A DNA stretch of 64,000 nucleotides. It comes from an uncultured Ignavibacteria bacterium. Lineage in GTDB: Bacteria > Zixibacteria > MSB-5A5 > WJJR01. The stretch spans positions 42,859 through 106,858 of the forward strand of contig CAZQIZ010000005.1 of NCBI GenBank assembly GCA_964593585.1, given 5' to 3'. The notes under the pieces are model-generated. The model was not told where the DNA came from. It was given only the letters and a program-made list of their open reading frames with translations, and did no database searches. Both the position numbers and the translations under genes were made by a program. Below, piece by piece: positions 51,134 through 59,499 of the stretch. Each line of letters opens with the position of its first letter. Positions within the stretch are counted from its first letter, which is position 1.

Positions 51134-52282
51134 GTGTTTGACCACACACTGACCGACGAACAGAAGATGCTGCGCGATGCCGCGCGCGAGTTTTGCGACA
51201 AACGCGTCCGACCCAATGTTGAGGCCTGGGACCACGCCGAACGTGTCCCCGATGAGATCTTCAAGGAGATGGTCGAGCTTGGCTACTTCAGTCTGCTCTG
51301 CCCGGAGGAATACGGGGGCATGGGGCTGGATGCGGTCTCCTATGCCGTCATGCACGAGGAGTTCAATCGCGCCTCGGCCGGCCTGGGGATCATCATGTCG
51401 GTGCACAACTCGCTGGTCGGCGGGGCGATCCGGCACTTCGGCAGCGAGGAGCAGCGCCGCCAGTGGCTGCCGGCCATGTGCGCCGGCAAACTGGGCGCCT
51501 ATTGTCTCTCCGAGCCGCATTCGGGCACCGATGCGGGCGCCCTGCGGCTCTCGGCGAAGTCCGACGGCGATTCGTATGTCCTCAACGGCGAGAAGATGTT
51601 TGTCACCAACGCCGACTACGCCAGTTTCTACCTGGTCTTCTGCCGCACCGACGTCAACGCCGGCACCCGCGGCATCAGCGCCGTGTTGGTCGACCGTCAC
51701 ACTGCCGGAGTTGCCGTGGGCAAACCCGAGCGCAAGATGGGTATCAAGTGCTCCGACACCCGCTCGGTCTCCTTCGTCGATGTGCGCGTTCCCAAAGCCA
51801 ACCGTCTGGGCGAAGAAGGGCAGGGGTTCAAAGTCGCGCTGTCGCAACTGGATCATGGCCGCATCGGGGTCGCGATCCAGGCGCTGGCCATCGGCGAGGC
51901 CGCCTATGAGGAGGCGCTAAAGTACTCCAAAGTCCGCGAGCAGTTCGGCAAGCCGATCTGCGAGTTCCAGGCCATCGCCTTCAAACTGGCTGACATGCGG
52001 ATGAGGCTGGACGCGACCCGGCTGATGGTCGACCATGCCGTCCGCCGTATGGGCGCCGGCGAGAAAGTCACCCGTGAGGCCTCCGAGGCCAAGCTCTTCG
52101 CCTCGGAGACCGCCAACTGGGTCGCCGATCAGGCCGTGCAGATTCACGGCGGCTACGGGTACATGAAGGAGTACGCGGTCGAGCGTTACTTCCGCGATGC
52201 CCGCATCACCGAAATCTACGAAGGCACCTCCGAAGCGCAGCGCATCGTCATTTCAAGGGCCATCCTTGCGGAGCAAAAGTAG
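51134..52282 (+). CDS. Acyl-CoA dehydrogenase 2
   Basis: GTG start; YCLSEPHSGTDA, KMGIK, REQFG, ITEIYEGTSE. Confidence 0.95.
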   Translation: MFDHTLTDEQKMLRDAAREFCDKRVRPNVEAWDHAERVPDEIFKEMVELGYFSLLCPEEYGGMGLDAVSYAVMHEEFNRASAGLGIIMSVHNSLVGGAIRHFGSEEQRRQWLPAMCAGKLGAYCLSEPHSGTDAGALRLSAKSDGDSYVLNGEKMFVTNADYASFYLVFCRTDVNAGTRGISAVLVDRHTAGVAVGKPERKMGIKCSDTRSVSFVDVRVPKANRLGEEGQGFKVALSQLDHGRIGVAIQALAIGEAAYEEALKYSKVREQFGKPICEFQAIAFKLADMRMRLDATRLMVDHAVRRMGAGEKVTREASEAKLFASETANWVADQAVQIHGGYGYMKEYAVERYFRDARITEIYEGTSEAQRIVISRAILAEQK

Positions 52283-52284
52283 AC

Positions 52285-53436
52285 ATGTGGTGGGATCCCA
52301 AAGTCGAAGAGTTCCGATGCCAGGTCCGCGAGTTTGCCGAAACGGTTGTGGCGCCCGCCGGCGACCGGATGGATCAGGCCGCCGAGTTTGAGCCGGCTCT
52401 CCTGCAGGAACTGAAGAACCGCAAGCTCCTCAGTCTGCTCTGCCCGCGCGAGTTCGGAGGGCCGGGTTCCGACACGCTCTCGTACGCGGTCGCCGTCGAG
52501 GAGCTCTCTCGGGTCTGCGGCTCGACCGGAATCACCGTCGCCGCCGCCAATTCGCTGGGTGTTTATCCCATCGATGTCTTCGGCAATGCCGAGCAGCGTC
52601 GCCGGGTTCTCACCGGCGTGGCCGACAAGGGCGACATGATCGTCTTCGGCCTCACCGAACCGGGCGCCGGTTCCGATGCCTCCGGCACCAAGACCACCGC
52701 GGTGCGCGACGGCAACGATTGGGTCATCAATGGCGGCAAGTGCTTCATCACCAACCCGCATTTCGCCGAATGGGTGATCTGCACCGCCGTCACCCGGCCC
52801 GGCATCGGCGCCAAGGGGATTTCGTCCTTCCTCCTGCACAAGAGCACGCCCGGCTTCTCGGTGGGGAAGAAGGAAAACAAGATGGGGCTGCGCGGCTCCG
52901 ACACCGCGACGCTTCACTTCGATAATGTGCGCGTCTCGAACGATCAGATGCTCGGCCCGGAAGGGGAGGGGTTCAAGCAGTTCATGAAGACCCTCGATGG
53001 CGGTCGCATCTCGATCGGCGCCATGGCCCTCGGTCTGGCGCAAGGGGCATATGAAATCGCCGCGCGCTATGCCAAGACGCGCATCCAGTTCGGCAAACCG
53101 ATCGCCGAGCATCAGGCCATCCAGTTCAAACTGGCCGACATGGGCACACAGATCGAAGCCGCGCGCCATCTGGTCTACCATGCCGCCTGGCTGAAGGATC
53201 AGGGCAAGCCCTTCGCCAAGCAGTCGGCGATGGCCAAGTTGTTTGCCTCCGAAATCGGCCATCAATGCGCCTACCAGGCGATCCAGGTCCTCGGCGGCCA
53301 TGGCTACATTACCGCCAACCGGGTCGAACGTCACTTCCGCGACGTGAAACTCTGCGAGATCGGCGAAGGCACTTCGGAAATCCAACGCATTGTCATTTCC
53401 CGTTATATCCTGCGTGAGTTTGACAACGTGGTTTAA
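52285..53436 (+). CDS. Acyl-CoA dehydrogenase 3
   Basis: FGLTEPGAGSDA, KMGLRGSDT, RIQFG, LCEIGEGTSEIQR. Confidence 0.95.
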   Translation: MWWDPKVEEFRCQVREFAETVVAPAGDRMDQAAEFEPALLQELKNRKLLSLLCPREFGGPGSDTLSYAVAVEELSRVCGSTGITVAAANSLGVYPIDVFGNAEQRRRVLTGVADKGDMIVFGLTEPGAGSDASGTKTTAVRDGNDWVINGGKCFITNPHFAEWVICTAVTRPGIGAKGISSFLLHKSTPGFSVGKKENKMGLRGSDTATLHFDNVRVSNDQMLGPEGEGFKQFMKTLDGGRISIGAMALGLAQGAYEIAARYAKTRIQFGKPIAEHQAIQFKLADMGTQIEAARHLVYHAAWLKDQGKPFAKQSAMAKLFASEIGHQCAYQAIQVLGGHGYITANRVERHFRDVKLCEIGEGTSEIQRIVISRYILREFDNVV

Positions 53437-53569
53437 GTCCCGATGCATGTTTCACGCGCCGGCGGCCATAGGCCTGCAACGTTTCCCTGCCGCGGGGCGT
53501 AGAACACATGGGTCGTGTCAGACCCGTCGCGATCGCCGGCGACCCTGACAATTTCGGGGCGGAAACCGC

Positions 53570-53597
53570 TTGAAATCGCCGCGCGGGATGTTATGAT
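53570..53597 (+). promoter_or_regulatory. sigma70-like promoter for ilvE
   Basis: TTGAAA-N16-TATGAT with an extended TGn. Confidence 0.55.
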
Positions 53598-53666
53598 AGG
53601 TTGTCGTCGCTGGTTTGCGGACGTGGACGAAACGGCACTCACACTCCCACCCCCCGGGGAGGTCGT

Positions 53667-54620
53667 ATGGCGTTGGAGAAGGTCGACAAGATCTGGATGA
53701 ACGGCGAGTTCGTCGACTGGGACGATGCCCGCATCCATATCCTCTCGCACGTTGTCCACTACGGTTCATCCGTGTTCGAGGGGCTGCGCTGTTACAAGAA
53801 CGCCCGCGGCTCCGCCATCTTCCGGTTGCAGGACCACACCAAGCGCCTGTTCAACTCCGCCAAGATCTACCGGATGGAGGTGCCGTACACCCCCGACGAG
53901 ATCAACGCCGCCACCATCGAGTTGATCTCGCTGAACAACCTCGAAGAATGCTACATCCGCCCGGTGATCTACCGCGGCTACGGCTCGATGGGTGTCAATC
54001 CCGCCGGCTGCCCGGTCGATGTCGCCATCGCGGTCTGGAACTGGGGCAAGTACCTGGGGCCGGAGGCGCTGGAAAACGGCGTCGATGTCTGCGTCTCGTC
54101 GTGGAACCGGATGGCCCCGAACACATTCCCCGCCCTGGCCAAGACCGCCGCCAACTACATGAATTCGCAGTTGATCAAGATGGAGGCCATCGCCAACGGC
54201 TATGCCGAAGGCATCGCTCTCGACACCGCCGGATACATATCCGAAGGGTCGGGCGAAAACGTCTTCCTCGTCCACAACGGCGTCCTCTCCACGCCGCCGG
54301 TTGCCTCCTCGGTGCTCTCCGGGATCACCCGCGACACGGTGATGCGGCTGGCCGAAGAGATGGGAATCAAGGTGCTCGAGGAGCGGCTCCCGCGCGAGGC
54401 GCTCTACACCGCCGACGAGGTCTTTCTGTCCGGATCGGCAGCCGAGATTACCCCGATCGCCTCGGTGGACCGCATTCCAATCGGCAACGGCCGTCGCGGC
54501 CCGATCACCAAGCGTCTCCAGGAGCGCTATTTTGCCATCATCGGCGGCGAGGCGCCCGACAACTATGGCTGGCTGACCCCGGTCACTATCAAACGCCCGC
54601 AGCCGGTCGGCGCCCGCTGA
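53667..54620 (+). CDS. ilvE: Branched-chain amino acid aminotransferase
   Basis: [22 protein letters not shown] (PLP Lys), [18 protein letters not shown]; GGAGG SD. Confidence 0.97.
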   Translation: MALEKVDKIWMNGEFVDWDDARIHILSHVVHYGSSVFEGLRCYKNARGSAIFRLQDHTKRLFNSAKIYRMEVPYTPDEINAATIELISLNNLEECYIRPVIYRGYGSMGVNPAGCPVDVAIAVWNWGKYLGPEALENGVDVCVSSWNRMAPNTFPALAKTAANYMNSQLIKMEAIANGYAEGIALDTAGYISEGSGENVFLVHNGVLSTPPVASSVLSGITRDTVMRLAEEMGIKVLEERLPREALYTADEVFLSGSAAEITPIASVDRIPIGNGRRGPITKRLQERYFAIIGGEAPDNYGWLTPVTIKRPQPVGAR

Positions 54621-54642
54621 TCCGATTCCATCAGAGAAACCC

Positions 54643-54668
54643 GTAGAGGCGGCTCTCGAGCCGCCTCT
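54643..54668 (+). repeat. GTAG-family REP (third copy of the 29159 family)
   Basis: GTAG-AGGCGGCTC-TC-GAGCCGCCTCT. Confidence 0.75.
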
Positions 54669-54814
54669 GGCGCATTAGAGCCGATCGCAGATCCCAGAAT
54701 CCACCGCCCGGCCCCGTCACAATCCTTCCAGACCCACTTGTTAAGTCCCGCAATCTTTGCTATCTCACCTCCGGTGTGTCCCTTGCGGACACACCCCGAC
54801 CAGGAGATGCTGCC

Positions 54815-56077
54815 ATGTCCGCCCTTGCCCAGACCGACCCCGAACTGTTCAACGCCATCCTCGGCGAAACGCACCGTCAGGCCGAAAAACTTGAACTGAT
54901 CGCCTCGGAGAACTTCGTCTCCGAAGCGGTGCTCGAGGCGATGGGCGGGGTGATGACCAACAAGTACGCCGAGGGATACCCCGGTAAGCGGTACTATGGC
55001 GGCTGCGAATATGTGGACGTGGCCGAGAATCTGGCCCGTGAGCGGGCCAAGGCGCTCTTCGGCTGCGAGCACGCCAACGTCCAGCCGCACTCCGGATCGC
55101 AGGCCAACATGGGCGTCTATTTCACCGTGCTCAAGCCGGGTGACAAGATCATGGGGCTGAATCTCTCCCATGGCGGTCACTTGACCCATGGCCATCCGCT
55201 CAACTTCTCCGGGTTTCTTTTCAAAGTCTACGACTACGGCGTCACGCGCGAGACCGAGACCATCGATTACGATGCGATGATCGCCAAGGCGAAGGAGGTC
55301 AAGCCAAAGATGATCGTCGCCGGCGCCTCGGCTTATCCGCGCATTCTCGACTTCGCCAAATTCCGCGAAGCCGCCGATGCCTGCGGGGCCTATCTCATGG
55401 TCGACATCGCCCACATTGCCGGACTGATCGTCGCCGGTCTGCATCCCTCGCCGGTCCCGTATGCCGATTTCGTCACCACCACCACCCACAAAACCCTGCG
55501 CGGCCCGCGCGGCGGGATGATCATGTGCAAGGAGAAGTACGCCAAGGATCTCGACCGCACCGTGATGCCGGGCATCCAGGGCGGGCCGCTCATGCATGTG
55601 ATTGCGGCCAAGGCGGTGGTCTTCAAGGAAGCTCTGCAGCCGGAGTTCAAGACCTACCAGAAGCAAATCGTCGCCAACGCCAGGTCCATGGCCGAACGGC
55701 TCAAGTCGCACGGCTACCACATCGTCTCTGGCGGCACCGACACCCACCTGATGCTGGTCTCGTTCATCGAGAAGGGCATCACCGGCAAGGCGGTCGAAGA
55801 GGCGCTCGACCGCGCCCGCATCACCGTGAACAAGAACTCGGTCCCGTTCGACCCGGCCAAGCCGCTGGTTACCTCCGGCATCCGCATCGGCACGCCGGCG
55901 GTCACTACCCGCGGGATGAAGGAAGCCGAGATGATCCAGATTGCCGACATGATCCACCAGGTGATCGCCGATTTGGGCAATTCCTCGATCGAGCAGAAGG
56001 TCGCCGACGAGGTCATGGCCCTCTGCGCCCGTTTCCCGCTCTACGCGGCGCGTCTGCGCCAGCCGGCGGTCCGCTGA
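54815..56077 (+). CDS. glyA: Serine hydroxymethyltransferase
   Basis: [46 protein letters not shown]. Confidence 0.98.
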   Translation: MSALAQTDPELFNAILGETHRQAEKLELIASENFVSEAVLEAMGGVMTNKYAEGYPGKRYYGGCEYVDVAENLARERAKALFGCEHANVQPHSGSQANMGVYFTVLKPGDKIMGLNLSHGGHLTHGHPLNFSGFLFKVYDYGVTRETETIDYDAMIAKAKEVKPKMIVAGASAYPRILDFAKFREAADACGAYLMVDIAHIAGLIVAGLHPSPVPYADFVTTTTHKTLRGPRGGMIMCKEKYAKDLDRTVMPGIQGGPLMHVIAAKAVVFKEALQPEFKTYQKQIVANARSMAERLKSHGYHIVSGGTDTHLMLVSFIEKGITGKAVEEALDRARITVNKNSVPFDPAKPLVTSGIRIGTPAVTTRGMKEAEMIQIADMIHQVIADLGNSSIEQKVADEVMALCARFPLYAARLRQPAVR

Positions 56078-56082
56078 CAGCC

Positions 56083-56412
56083 ATGCATCCGCTGCGTCAC
56101 GAATACGCCGTCGTGCTCTCGACCTGCGCCTCGAAAAGCGAGGCGGAACGCATCGCCGAGCGTTTGGTCGGCGATGGCGCCGCCGCCTGTGTCAACATCG
56201 TCGAGAAAGTCACGTCCATCTACCGCTGGCAGGGGAAAGTGCACAAGGACACCGAATGCCTGCTGGTGATCAAGACCCGCTTTGATCTGACCGACCGGGT
56301 CGAGGGAACGATCAAGGGATTCTCATCCTACGAGTGCCCGGAGGTAATCGTCCTGCCGATCACCGACGGTTCGGCCGATTATCTGCGCTGGCTCGACGAG
56401 TCCACACAGTAG
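56083..56412 (+). CDS. cutA: Divalent cation tolerance protein CutA
   Basis: ACVNI, SIYRWQG, SYECPEVI, YLRWL. Confidence 0.93.
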   Translation: MHPLRHEYAVVLSTCASKSEAERIAERLVGDGAAACVNIVEKVTSIYRWQGKVHKDTECLLVIKTRFDLTDRVEGTIKGFSSYECPEVIVLPITDGSADYLRWLDESTQ

Positions 56413-56435
56413 AACCATCGCAAGTAACAAGTCAG

Positions 56436-56610
56436 GAGGTCAGACATTCCTGTCTGACCTGCCATCCCCGATTGAGGGGCGCTCTTTGCCCCTCGATCGG
56501 GGATGGCATCTGGCGGGAGGGTCGCCCTGCCGCGTGTATCGCCTCGTTCGGGGGGTCCCAAGTGCGGACCCACCTCACGAGGCGATGGACAGACAAGAAT
56601 GTCCGTCCTC
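56436..56610. repeat. REPIN-like element with nested hairpins
   Basis: GAGGTCAGACATTCCTGTCTGACC at 56436 is inverted relative to GGACAGACAAGAATGTCCGTCCTC at 56587. The spacer holds a 21-bp stem (56460-56508) and further stems. Confidence 0.8.
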
Positions 56611-56738
56611 TTAAGAACAAAGATTCCAAGCCGGTCGCGGCACAGAGCGCCGCGACCAGGTTTGAATGACGATCGCTGCCTGCGTCCGCGGCGAAAATTC
56701 GCGTGGCGTGGCATCCCGGCGCATGGCAGATTGCTCCT

Positions 56739-57530
56739 GTGACGCGCCCGCTCATCACCCTGACAACCGATTTCGGCTATGCCGATGGGACCGTCGGCGC
56801 CATGCTCGGCGTGATCAAGTCCATCTGCGCCGACGCCGCAGTGGTCAGCATCGCCCACGACATCCCGCCCCATGACATCGTCCACGGCGCCTGGGCCCTC
56901 TATCAGGCCGCGCCCTTCTTTCCCGAGGGGAGCATTCACATCGGCGTGGTCGATCCCGGGGTCGGCACCCGCCGGCGCGCAATCTTAATCGAGACCGAAC
57001 GGGGCTTTCTGCTCGGACCGGACAACGGAATGCTGGTCTGGGCGGCACAGGCGATGACGCCCCGTCGCTATTTTGCCATCGAGAATACCGCCTACCGTCT
57101 CGGCCCGCCGGGCCTTACATTCGATGGGCGCGATCTGTTCGCGCCGGTCGCGGCGCATTTGGCCTGCGGTGTCCAGCCCGATGCGATCGGCGAGGAAGTT
57201 CCCGCGGTGGTCGATCTGGCCTGGCCGGAGCCGGAGGTCGGACGCGGACGGATCGAAGGCGAAGTGTTGCTGGTGGACCGCTTCGGCAACCTGATCAGCA
57301 ACATTCCGGTCGCGGTGGTTGCCGCGACCTTCGCCGACCATGATGTGTTGATCGCGCTCAAGGGTCGTCCCGTCGGCGGACTCTCGCGCGGCTACGCCGC
57401 CATTCACGGACCGCTGGGCGCGGTGATCAACGGAACCGGACTGGTGGAAATCGCCGCTCCCGAATCCTCGGCCGCCGGGTTGACCGGCGCCGAACGCGGC
57501 GACAAGGTGATCGTAACCGGACAGGTCTAG
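56739..57530 (+). CDS. DUF62 family SAM hydrolase / SAM-dependent halogenase-like protein
   Basis: LTTDFG, VVDPGVGT, GPDNG, TFDGRDLFAP, VDRFGNL; GTG start. Confidence 0.92.
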   Translation: MTRPLITLTTDFGYADGTVGAMLGVIKSICADAAVVSIAHDIPPHDIVHGAWALYQAAPFFPEGSIHIGVVDPGVGTRRRAILIETERGFLLGPDNGMLVWAAQAMTPRRYFAIENTAYRLGPPGLTFDGRDLFAPVAAHLACGVQPDAIGEEVPAVVDLAWPEPEVGRGRIEGEVLLVDRFGNLISNIPVAVVAATFADHDVLIALKGRPVGGLSRGYAAIHGPLGAVINGTGLVEIAAPESSAAGLTGAERGDKVIVTGQV

Positions 57531-57535
57531 ACTCT

Positions 57536-57985
57536 ATGCGCTGCCCCTTTTGTGGATTTGAAGAAGACCGCGTCGTCGACTCCCGCTCCGTGCGGGAGGG
57601 GAGAGGTGTCCGCCGCCGCCGCGAATGCCTGCGCTGCAACGAACGCTTCACGACCTACGAGTATGTCGAGAAGGTCGAACTGATGGTCATCAAGAACGAT
57701 GGCCGTCAGGAACCCTACGACCGCAGCAAGCTGATCGAGGGACTGCGGCTGGCCTGTAATAAGCGTCCCATCGACCAGAAGAAGATCGAGGCGATCGTCG
57801 ACGAGGTCGAAAAACGGCTCTACGCCCTCTCCAAGGGAGAGGTGGCCTCGAAGTTCATTGGTGAGACGGTGATGGATATCCTCAAGGCGACCGACGAGGT
57901 GGCCTATGTCCGCTTCGCCTCGGTCTACCGCAAATTCCAGGACAAGACGGAGTTCGTCGAGGAACTCCGGCGCATGCTCGGATAG
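57536..57985 (+). CDS. nrdR: Transcriptional repressor NrdR
   Basis: MRCPFC...RRRRECLRC..RFTTYE, ATP cone, VAYVRFASVY. Confidence 0.98.
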   Translation: MRCPFCGFEEDRVVDSRSVREGRGVRRRRECLRCNERFTTYEYVEKVELMVIKNDGRQEPYDRSKLIEGLRLACNKRPIDQKKIEAIVDEVEKRLYALSKGEVASKFIGETVMDILKATDEVAYVRFASVYRKFQDKTEFVEELRRMLG

Positions 57986-58006
57986 CCCGTCCGCTCCGCC
58001 CCGTCC

Positions 58007-58720
58007 ATGCCCGCCGAAACCGATAGCCGCGAAATGTCCTTCCTCGAGCACCTCGAGGAATTGCGCTGGCGGCTGGTCAAGTCGGCCGCCTCGATCCTGC
58101 TTTTTTCCATCGTCGCCTACTTCTTCACCGACCACATCCTCAACTTCCTGACACGGGACATCGGCGCGGTGTACTTCAACGCGCCGACCGAGGCCTTCTC
58201 CGTCCGCATCAAGCTGTCGATCATCACCGGCCTGCTGGCGGCATTGCCGGTGGTCTTCTGGCAGATCTGGCAGTTTGTGGTCCCGGGACTATACCGCAAC
58301 GAGGCCCGGCTGGTGATCCCGGTGGTGATTCTGGCGACCATCGCCTTTATCGGCGGCGCGGCTTTCTGCTTTTTCCTCGTGCTGCCGGTCGGGATGCAAT
58401 TCCTGCTGGGATTCGGGACTGAAAAGATCCAGCCGCTGATCAGCGTTGGACGCTACATCAGCTTTGTCTCCTGGATGTGCCTGGGGTTCGGGGCGGTGTT
58501 TGAACTGCCGATCGTCTCGTTTTTCCTCGGACGTATCGGCTTGATTGACAGCGGGATGCTCAAACGCGGACGACGCTACGCCGTGGTCGGTATCCTGGTG
58601 GTCGCCGCGGCAATTACCCCCTCGCCGGATGTTTTTTCCCAGCTTATGCTGGCCGGACCGCTCTATTTCCTCTACGAACTCTCGATTGTCATTGTCAGAA
58701 TGACTGGCCGGCGAGGCTGA
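58007..58720 (+). CDS. tatC: Twin-arginine translocase subunit TatC
   Basis: MSFLEHLEELRWRL, PTEAF, PGLY..E, FELP, ITPSPD, LYE. Confidence 0.96.
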   Translation: MPAETDSREMSFLEHLEELRWRLVKSAASILLFSIVAYFFTDHILNFLTRDIGAVYFNAPTEAFSVRIKLSIITGLLAALPVVFWQIWQFVVPGLYRNEARLVIPVVILATIAFIGGAAFCFFLVLPVGMQFLLGFGTEKIQPLISVGRYISFVSWMCLGFGAVFELPIVSFFLGRIGLIDSGMLKRGRRYAVVGILVVAAAITPSPDVFSQLMLAGPLYFLYELSIVIVRMTGRRG

Positions 58721-59026
58721 AATTCATCTCCACCTGACAGGAACTGTCACTGTCTCCTGTATAGATTCCTGTTAACAGCGGGAATCGCGTATGTATTTTG
58801 GAGGTGATCGTTCCAGGCCCCAATACCGCTGTGTGAAAACCCGTGCTCCTTCTCGTCCCTCGGAGCAGTGCTATTGCTGTCGGCTCCGGGAGGCAAAAAA
58901 TCGGGTGATTTTGCTTCTTGCCGTGTGTCAAACGTGGGTGGCGTCGGTGCTGGCTGCCACGGATGTACAGGCCGTTGATAACCGTTCCAAGGCATTAACG
59001 TTCAACGGCGAAAGGTGGTGACGCAG

Positions 59027-59248
59027 TTGCCGGAAGGAAACGTGAAATGGTTCAACGACGCCAAGGGGTACGGTTTCATCCGCCAGGATGGCGACAACCG
59101 GGACGTGTTTGTCCACTACTCCGCGATTCATGGCGACGGATTCAAAACCCTGAAAGAGGGTGAGCGCGTCTACTTTGAAGTCGTCCAGGGCCCCAAGGGG
59201 CTTCAGGCGGCGACAGTACAGCGGGGCGGGGCTCCCCAGGCGCAGTAG
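59027..59248 (+). CDS. Cold-shock domain protein
   Basis: [35 protein letters not shown] start is chosen from the SD-like AAAGGTGG spacing; GTG starts at 59015/59018 are alternatives. Confidence 0.95.
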   Translation: MPEGNVKWFNDAKGYGFIRQDGDNRDVFVHYSAIHGDGFKTLKEGERVYFEVVQGPKGLQAATVQRGGAPQAQ

Positions 59249-59274
59249 AATCCAATTCCGACCATGAGAACCAG

Positions 59275-59302
59275 AAAAGGGCGCGCCAGCCGCGCCCTTT
59301 TT
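59275..59302. terminator. Intrinsic terminator after csp
   Basis: AAAAGGGCGCG-CCAGC-CGCGCCCTTTTT. Confidence 0.85.
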
Positions 59303-59441
59303 ATTTGTTGTCCCGCATCTAGTTACGCGCCTATCCTGCATTTTTTCTTCAAGGCAGCGTTAATTGATTGCCTCCGGCTGCCGGCGGCAGAATATAGTCC
59401 CTGTCCCCGGGTGGACAGCGGAGCCAAACCGGCCGAAATCT

Positions 59442-59472
59442 GGTTATATGGGGTGGATTCCACACTATAACC
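59442..59472. promoter_or_regulatory. Inverted repeat upstream of the lon-like gene
   Basis: GGTTATA-N17-TATAACC with an inner GTGGA/TCCAC stem. Confidence 0.4.
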
Positions 59473-59499
59473 CGGCCCGCTGTATGGCGGCAAAGGCAG

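Noticed and set aside
53437-53666. T-box or leader-peptide attenuator before ilvE
   Set aside because: No T-box sequence and no Ile/Leu/Val-rich leader; a plain sigma70 promoter fits.
54621-54814. ZTP or glycine riboswitch before glyA
   Set aside because: No consensus match seen; the main structure is a REP copy.
58007-58720. tatC without tatA/B as a novelty
   Set aside because: Dispersed tat genes are common; not informative without the rest of the genome.
59303-59499. CIRCE/HAIR heat-shock operator before lon
   Set aside because: The inverted repeat present matches neither consensus.
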